Virus record (IMG/VR): IMGVR_UViG_3300022852_000008
Span: 1 to 40,562 of that record
Direction: 5' to 3' (one strand)
Length of the DNA stretch: 40,562 nucleotides
Source of the DNA: a virus
Lineage: Duplodnaviria > Caudoviricetes
Under the pieces are notes generated by a model that worked only from the letters and a program-made list of their open reading frames with translations, had not been told where the DNA came from and did not search any database. Of the stretch, positions 35,647-40,562 are shown one piece after another (position 1 is the first letter of the stretch; every line of letters begins with the position of its first letter). Position numbers and translations under genes: made by a program.

Positions 35647-36216
35647 ATGCCTATCACTGAAAAACAGCTTCAGCAGATCCTCCCCAACGCCGGCCGCCAA
35701 GCCGGCGTTTTTGTTCCCGGCCTCAATGCCACCATGGGCAAGTACGCCATCATCACCCGGCTGCGTATGGCCGCATTCCTTGCCCAGGTTGGTCACGAGT
35801 CGGGCCAGCTGCAGTACGTGCGAGAGCTCGGCAATGACAAGTACCTGTCGAAGTACGACACCGGGAGCCTGGCGCAGCGTCTCGGTAACACGCCAGAGTT
35901 AGACGGCGACGGCCAGTTCTACCGTGGCCGTGGGCTCATCCAGGTGACTGGCCGCTACAACTATCAGGCCTGCAGCGAGGCCCTGTTCGGTGATAGCCGG
36001 CTGCTGAACACCCCTGAACTGCTCGAGCAGCCTGTCTATGCATCGCTGTCGGCCGGTTGGTTCTGGCAGAAGGAGGGCCTGAATAGCTTGGCGGACAAAA
36101 TTGCGCACCCGGATGACGCCGTGTTCGAGAAGCTCACCAAGCGGATCAACGGCGGACTCAATGGTTTGAAGGACCGCAAAGAGATTTACGCCCGGGCACT
36201 TGAGGTGCTGCAGTGA
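35647..36216 (+). CDS. Endolysin, glycoside hydrolase family 19
   Basis: AAFLAQVGHESG, YRGRGLIQVTGRYNY, INGGLNG. Confidence 0.93.
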   Translation: MPITEKQLQQILPNAGRQAGVFVPGLNATMGKYAIITRLRMAAFLAQVGHESGQLQYVRELGNDKYLSKYDTGSLAQRLGNTPELDGDGQFYRGRGLIQVTGRYNYQACSEALFGDSRLLNTPELLEQPVYASLSAGWFWQKEGLNSLADKIAHPDDAVFEKLTKRINGGLNGLKDRKEIYARALEVLQ

Positions 36217-36773
36217 GCGTCTGGGGCGGTCGTCTGATCGCCTTGGCGGCCCTGGTGCTCGCATGTGCAATCGGCGCCCGGGCTGCCTGGGTGTGGCAGG
36301 CCAACACCTATGGGAAGCAGCTCGCCGAGCAGGCAGCCGATTATGGCGAGCAGCTGGCGAAGAAGGATCGCGCATACGGCCGTGAGCGCGAGGAGGCCGC
36401 CTCGGCGGCGCTCAATCAACTGGAAGAGCAGCAGGGCGCGCGCCGCGCCCTGGAGGCTCGCCTGCAGGATCAGACCGAAACACACTGGAAGGAAATGAAT
36501 GATGTTCAACAAGCTCAGGCTCGTTTGCGTGACCGGCTTGCTACCGCTGATCTACGGCTGTCAGTCCTGGTCGACGCCGGAGCCCTCGCCGGCCAGGGTT
36601 GTGCCGGTGGGGTGCGAGAAGCCCCCGGCGCCGGAGGCGTGGTACATGGAGCCATACGCGCCCAACTTGACCCAGCATATGCTCAACGAATTGTCGCCAT
36701 CACCGACGAAGGTGATCGAGGACTGATCGCGCTGAAGGCCTGCCAGGCTTACGTCCGCGCTGTCACCCAGTAG
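36213..36773 (+). CDS. i-spanin (Rz-like)
   Basis: N-terminal TM helix, coiled coil, LRLSV, C-terminal ACQAYV. Confidence 0.85.
   Translation: MSVWGGRLIALAALVLACAIGARAAWVWQANTYGKQLAEQAADYGEQLAKKDRAYGREREEAASAALNQLEEQQGARRALEARLQDQTETHWKEMNDVQQAQARLRDRLATADLRLSVLVDAGALAGQGCAGGVREAPGAGGVVHGAIRAQLDPAYAQRIVAITDEGDRGLIALKACQAYVRAVTQ
36499..36726 (+). CDS. o-spanin lipoprotein (Rz1-like) nested in the i-spanin gene
   Basis: Signal peptide ending LIYG-C; Pro-rich mature part; +1 frame inside the Rz-like gene. Confidence 0.8.
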   Translation: MMFNKLRLVCVTGLLPLIYGCQSWSTPEPSPARVVPVGCEKPPAPEAWYMEPYAPNLTQHMLNELSPSPTKVIED

Positions 36774-36879
36774 TAAAGAGACGAGTGCGCAGATGCGGCA
36801 ACGTCTAGCCCGGCCTGTGGAATCTCACACGTAGCCCTGCCTTGCACACAATTAAAGTCAAGCACCCATACATTTTGTG

Positions 36880-37020
36880 GCTCCGCATGGCTGACCACTA
36901 GGCCTTCCTCCTCGCCATCACTATTGCTGATGACTGACATGCCCATATCCTAGCGGGTGGTGCGGAGCGGTTCTGCACGTACTCAGCCCTAGCCTGTGAA
37001 AGCCTAACAATCTCATTTGC
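36880..37020 (+). pseudogene. Possible decayed 5' remnant of a Dam-family adenine methyltransferase
   Basis: Broken frames with RMADH and ILAGGAERF (36947..36973), resembling the 'RLAD...VFAGGAALF' start of phage Dam-like genes; resemblance recalled, not aligned. Confidence 0.3.
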
Positions 37021-37178
37021 AAGAGCTGTGCTAAGCCCAGCCCTGAGCACTCATGAGGTAGGATACATTTAGGATTCTTCCTCGATTGACTAGAATTATT
37101 TGTGCTCTCGCAGTATAAAAGCCTCCGAGTAACGTGATTCTCACCAGTTTTCAGTTCGTAAATACTAGGAGTTTCGTT

Positions 37179-39656
37179 GTGAGGGTTTTTCTTTCGCACA
37201 GTAGCAAGGACAAAGAGTCGTATGTACGTATTGTGGCTGATAAGCTCGGGCTTGGTAACTACGTGTACGATGAGCGAACCTTCGAAGAAGGTGAAATTAC
37301 TCAGAATGAAATAATAAAGGGCATTGATGAGAGCGCGATTTTTGCTTTCTTTATATCGGAAACCGCCTTGGAGTCTAAATGGGTTAAAGATGAGGTGGAG
37401 CGGGCTGAGTTTAAGATTAGCTCAGCGCAGCTAAAGAAGATTTATCCGATAATAATTGATCCGAAGATTAAGTATGACGATCCCAGGATCCCAAAGTTCT
37501 TGAAGGATCATTACAATTTAAAGTTGGTTACAAGGCCAACTGTGGCCGCCAGACGAATTTTGGCCAAAATGCGTGAGTTGCATTGGGAAAGTAGTCCGGT
37601 GCACCAGAAGCGGCAAACGATATTTGTTGGGCGAAACGAGATACTTTCGGAGTTTGAAAGTAGAGTCGACGATGTGGATCTTCCCAAGCCATCATGTGTG
37701 ATCGCGTCTGGCATATCGAAAATCGGTCGCTCTAAGCTAATGTCTAGGGGGCTGGCTAAGTCTAACTTGAAGGATGACAGCTATTCCCCGACGAGGATAG
37801 TTCTGGAACGAGTTGATAGCATTGAGGATTTGCTGATCAAGATATTTGATACCGGATTAACTGCAATTGAGCAGGATAAGGTTAGCAATCTCATAGATAA
37901 GTCGGTTGCTGAGAAAGAGAGCATTTTGGCGGAAATGCTTCGTGATGTGCATAGCGCGCGGGAAGTTTTATTTGTAGAGGATAATGGTTGTATTGTTGAT
38001 TATAGTCGGCAGCCGGTGAGTTGGATATTAAATGCATTGGATCTTTTGGGGGATGTAGGTCGCCCGGTTCTATGTGTCTCGGCAAAATATAGGGTTGATC
38101 GTCAAGCGCTAAGAAGGAGGCCAAGGCTCTTTGCGTTGGAAATTCCTGAGCTTACACCTAAGGAGCGGGCTGGCCTTCTCAGTCGACTTCTGGATCTTTA
38201 TGAAATAGTTTTGTCTCCTGAAGATTTTCGATATTTCTCGGAGCAGCTTAAGGGCTTCCCTGAGGAGGTTTACTATTGTGCGGATCTTATTTCGGATCTT
38301 GGCGTGCTGGCTGCAAAAGGTGAGACGCATCAAATTACAGAATTTAATGAGGAGAGAGCCTCTGTTTTGTTGCGTAAGTATGAGTCTGATGTCGACACCC
38401 TAGATTTTATTTATCTCCTTTCTGAATTTGAGTTTGTTGGTGTTGGATTTATATATGAAATTGTCGAGGAGGGCAAATATTCGCCAATCTTGGAGGACTT
38501 GATTACCCATTTGATTTGTGATTATGTGGGGGCGGAGAAAGAGTATGTTCGACTCAATGATACTATTCGTGACTTTGTAAAGCGTAATCGCCTTTCGTTG
38601 AGAAAGGATTTGCGTGATAAGCTTAGGCAGCATGTTCAGCAGTTTGTGAAAGATAATAATAAATTTGAGCGCGACTCGGCAGATTTCTTTTATTCGGTCA
38701 AAGAGGCTTTAGCTGCCGGGCGGCAGATTGAAGATAAGTATCTAGCACCATCTCATGTGCTTCGAACGATCAAAGAGCTCTACCAGAAGCGTGAAAACCT
38801 CAAGAGGGTAGTGTCGTTGGCGGACATGCTCTTGGCGAAAGAAAGCTCCTTGGACTCACGCGTAAGTGATGATGCACGTTATTATCTCTGCTTGAGCTTG
38901 GCTCGACAGAAAGATAAGCGGGTTCTTAAAGAGGCTCAGGAGATTAAAGGGCCAGAACACGATTTTGTTTTGGGGTACTATTATAGGTTGTGTGGGCGGC
39001 ATACAGATGCCATTGAGCGGCTATCCAAGTTGGTAGATACCCCGTACATATCTTCGCGGGCTAAGCGGGAGCTTGTCCAGGTTTACCTATATATTGAAGA
39101 GTATGAGAAGGCTCTTCATATGGCTCGAGATAATTACGAGCAAAATCGAGGTAATCAGTTCTTTTTGCAGTCTTATCTGCACTGCCTCTTCAATAGTGGC
39201 GATAATGGTGCGCACAAGGAGCTCATTAAGAGGCTTATTGCTGAGCTTGAAATGATTGGCTCAAAGCAATCTATTGAAATGACCTTGATTGCTAAAGCGC
39301 ATTTCGCTTCTAGGATAGAACATAGGAAAGCAGCTGCGTATAATTATTTGGATGACGCTATCGGGCTTGATAGGGATTCGACATATCCACTGCTTGCTAA
39401 GTTTGATATAGCTTTGCGTCATTTTGATGTGGAAGCAATGGCGAAAACTCTTGATGAATTGATTAGGGTGTCGCAGAAGCGAACAATGTCGCAAAATACG
39501 ATCCTAAAGAACACAGCGTACTATCTAGCAGCCAAGGGGGAAATTTCAGAGGCGTATGAATTGCTAGATACAAGCTTGCAGAATTATCCTGCTGAAACCA
39601 TTTTGAGGCTCAAGCAGAAGTTGAAAATTATTTCAGAGAAGCAACTCTCTGTTTGA
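37179..39656 (+). CDS. TIR domain - STAND-like ATPase - TPR protein (candidate anti-phage sensor-effector)
   Basis: VFLSHSSKDK and SKWVKDE (TIR); FVGR, GISKIGRS Walker A variant, VLFVED; helical TPR-like C-terminus; AGGAG RBS before GTG 37179. Confidence 0.85.
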   Translation: MRVFLSHSSKDKESYVRIVADKLGLGNYVYDERTFEEGEITQNEIIKGIDESAIFAFFISETALESKWVKDEVERAEFKISSAQLKKIYPIIIDPKIKYDDPRIPKFLKDHYNLKLVTRPTVAARRILAKMRELHWESSPVHQKRQTIFVGRNEILSEFESRVDDVDLPKPSCVIASGISKIGRSKLMSRGLAKSNLKDDSYSPTRIVLERVDSIEDLLIKIFDTGLTAIEQDKVSNLIDKSVAEKESILAEMLRDVHSAREVLFVEDNGCIVDYSRQPVSWILNALDLLGDVGRPVLCVSAKYRVDRQALRRRPRLFALEIPELTPKERAGLLSRLLDLYEIVLSPEDFRYFSEQLKGFPEEVYYCADLISDLGVLAAKGETHQITEFNEERASVLLRKYESDVDTLDFIYLLSEFEFVGVGFIYEIVEEGKYSPILEDLITHLICDYVGAEKEYVRLNDTIRDFVKRNRLSLRKDLRDKLRQHVQQFVKDNNKFERDSADFFYSVKEALAAGRQIEDKYLAPSHVLRTIKELYQKRENLKRVVSLADMLLAKESSLDSRVSDDARYYLCLSLARQKDKRVLKEAQEIKGPEHDFVLGYYYRLCGRHTDAIERLSKLVDTPYISSRAKRELVQVYLYIEEYEKALHMARDNYEQNRGNQFFLQSYLHCLFNSGDNGAHKELIKRLIAELEMIGSKQSIEMTLIAKAHFASRIEHRKAAAYNYLDDAIGLDRDSTYPLLAKFDIALRHFDVEAMAKTLDELIRVSQKRTMSQNTILKNTAYYLAAKGEISEAYELLDTSLQNYPAETILRLKQKLKIISEKQLSV

Positions 39657-39671
39657 GTTTTAGATGTGAAA

Positions 39672-39692
39672 GGCCCAGCCTGGTGCTGGGTC
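39672..39692. terminator. Hairpin between convergent genes
   Basis: GGCCCAGC-CTGGT-GCTGGGTC; no clear T-tract. Confidence 0.45.
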
Positions 39693-39743
39693 AGTAAATT
39701 CTGGCTCTATTGCAATGTGATATATAGGAAGTGGCGGCAGCTT

Positions 39744-39950
39744 TCAATTTCGTAGGCGCTCAATTCCGGTAGAGATTTCATCTGCATGATTGTCCAGCGT
39801 CGCGAGTGCCGCCATGACATTGTCATGAATATGGACCGACCCGCGCTGGCTAACCCAAAGCGACAGTTCTTCGATCGCCGCTCTAATGGCACTTTGATTC
39901 AATAGTAACAACTCTATTGTATCTGCTGTGAGTGCTAATTTTTCTTTCAT
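39744..39950 (-). CDS. Small helical hypothetical protein
   Basis: LLNQ.AIRAAIEELSLWVSQRGS, a pattern recalled from small Pseudomonas hypothetical proteins. Confidence 0.65.
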   Translation of the reverse strand: MKEKLALTADTIELLLLNQSAIRAAIEELSLWVSQRGSVHIHDNVMAALATLDNHADEISTGIERLRN

Positions 39951-40284
39951 AATGGGCTCTTGCAGTTTCAATCTATGGGCTATAAGGGCATTCTTGCGAG
40001 TCGAAGATACTGAGCAGTCATTTAATTGGTTCAGAGTTTCGGTCTAACACGTGTCAAGTGGGCGTTGCGGGGGATTATACTCCTTCACTATAGCCAAAAA
40101 TGGCCTCTTTGTCTTTAAGTCGCGGCCGTTGTGAGCGTCTATACGAAGCCGCAACTTCCTCAAAATCGTTTCCGCAACGGAGCAATCGGAGTGCTGGAGA
40201 AACAGTCTCCAGCCCAGTCTGAAGAGACAAATCGCGGAAATGATTTTAAGCTAACTTGTTGATTTTGTAGAAAAAAATTGTAGA

Positions 40285-40340
40285 CTTGAAAACCGTCGAT
40301 GGGCAACTATCCTAGAGTTCGAATCTCTACGCTTCCGCCA
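40285..40340 (+). repeat. attR core (duplicated 3' part of tRNA-Ser)
   Basis: Identical to 34..89; lacks the tRNA 5' part. Confidence 0.95.
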
Positions 40341-40351
40341 CTATTTTCAAC

Positions 40352-40378
40352 AAAAGCCCCGACTATTCGGGGCTTTTG
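40352..40378 (+). terminator. Original host tRNA terminator
   Basis: AAAAGCCCCGA-CTAT-TCGGGGCTTTT. Confidence 0.8.
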
Positions 40379-40445
40379 TGTTTCTGAGGTTTGGCACAAG
40401 GTCCCCACCGGCCACAAGCGTGCGTTGTACCTGTAGGAGCGGGCT

Positions 40446-40562
40446 TGAACTGGCTTAATGATCCCGGACACCTCTTAAGGGCGATATGATTCGCCCAATC
40501 AGGAGGTTCCATGCAAGAACGAAAGACCTATACCCGCGAGTTCAAGCAACGTGCTGCCAGCA
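40446..40562 (+). mobile_element. Left end of an IS3-family insertion sequence (truncated by the window)
   Basis: TGAACTGG...CCCGGACACC IR-like end; AGGAGG then ATG 40511 giving MQERKTYTREFKQRAA (OrfA-like). Confidence 0.7.

Larger units (their letters stand above)
34..40340. mobile_element. Integrated temperate prophage (lambda-like head, P2-like contractile tail), apparently intact
   Basis: 56-bp direct repeats at both ends, tyrosine integrase, repressor switch, and full head, tail and lysis gene sets with no obvious frameshifts. Confidence 0.95.

Noticed and set aside
16522-35657. Long antisense ORFs in the structural region (e.g. 20458..21663, 26608..27954, 28288..29358, 34491..35657)
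   Set aside because: Expected shadows of GC-rich codon usage opposite well-supported genes.
23202-36773. Tailocin (R-pyocin) locus
   Set aside because: Capsid, terminase, replication, integrase and att sites are all present, so it is a prophage.
37179-39656. Calling the TIR gene Thoeris or CBASS
   Set aside because: No ThsA-like or cyclase partner nearby; the TIR is fused to ATPase-like and TPR-like regions.
40285-40340. Second tRNA-Ser gene
   Set aside because: Only the 3' 56 nt are present; it is attR.

Overview
The window is an apparently complete ~40.3-kb temperate prophage of a Pseudomonas-like host (host inferred from gene families and a REP-like motif). It is integrated in the 3' part of a tRNA-Ser(TGA) gene and bounded by a perfect 56-bp direct repeat (34..89 / 40285..40340). 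The backbone is int/xis, a leftward early operon, a cI/cro switch with TTAGCAATTGCTAA-type operators, cII, a TraR/DksA-like protein, a primase-helicase with a repeat array, holin, lambda-like terminase/head genes, a P2-like contractile tail, a GH19 endolysin and nested spanins. An AT-richer cargo block sits at each end. Left: a four-gene operon (C5 methyltransferase, unknown 178-aa protein, FRG protein, DUF262 protein) between attL and int. Right: a single TIR-STAND-like-TPR gene. Both are candidate anti-phage systems. Finer-scale oddities: a second C5 methyltransferase apparently split across two fully overlapping frames, two 'bridge' ORFs with start/stop overlaps at both ends, three early-transcript hairpins sharing a CCTCTCAC loop, and a possible +1 shifty-stop frameshift in the tail chaperone. 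Beyond attR, an IS3-family element begins inside a REP-like sequence. All calls come from reading motifs by eye; no database searches were run.
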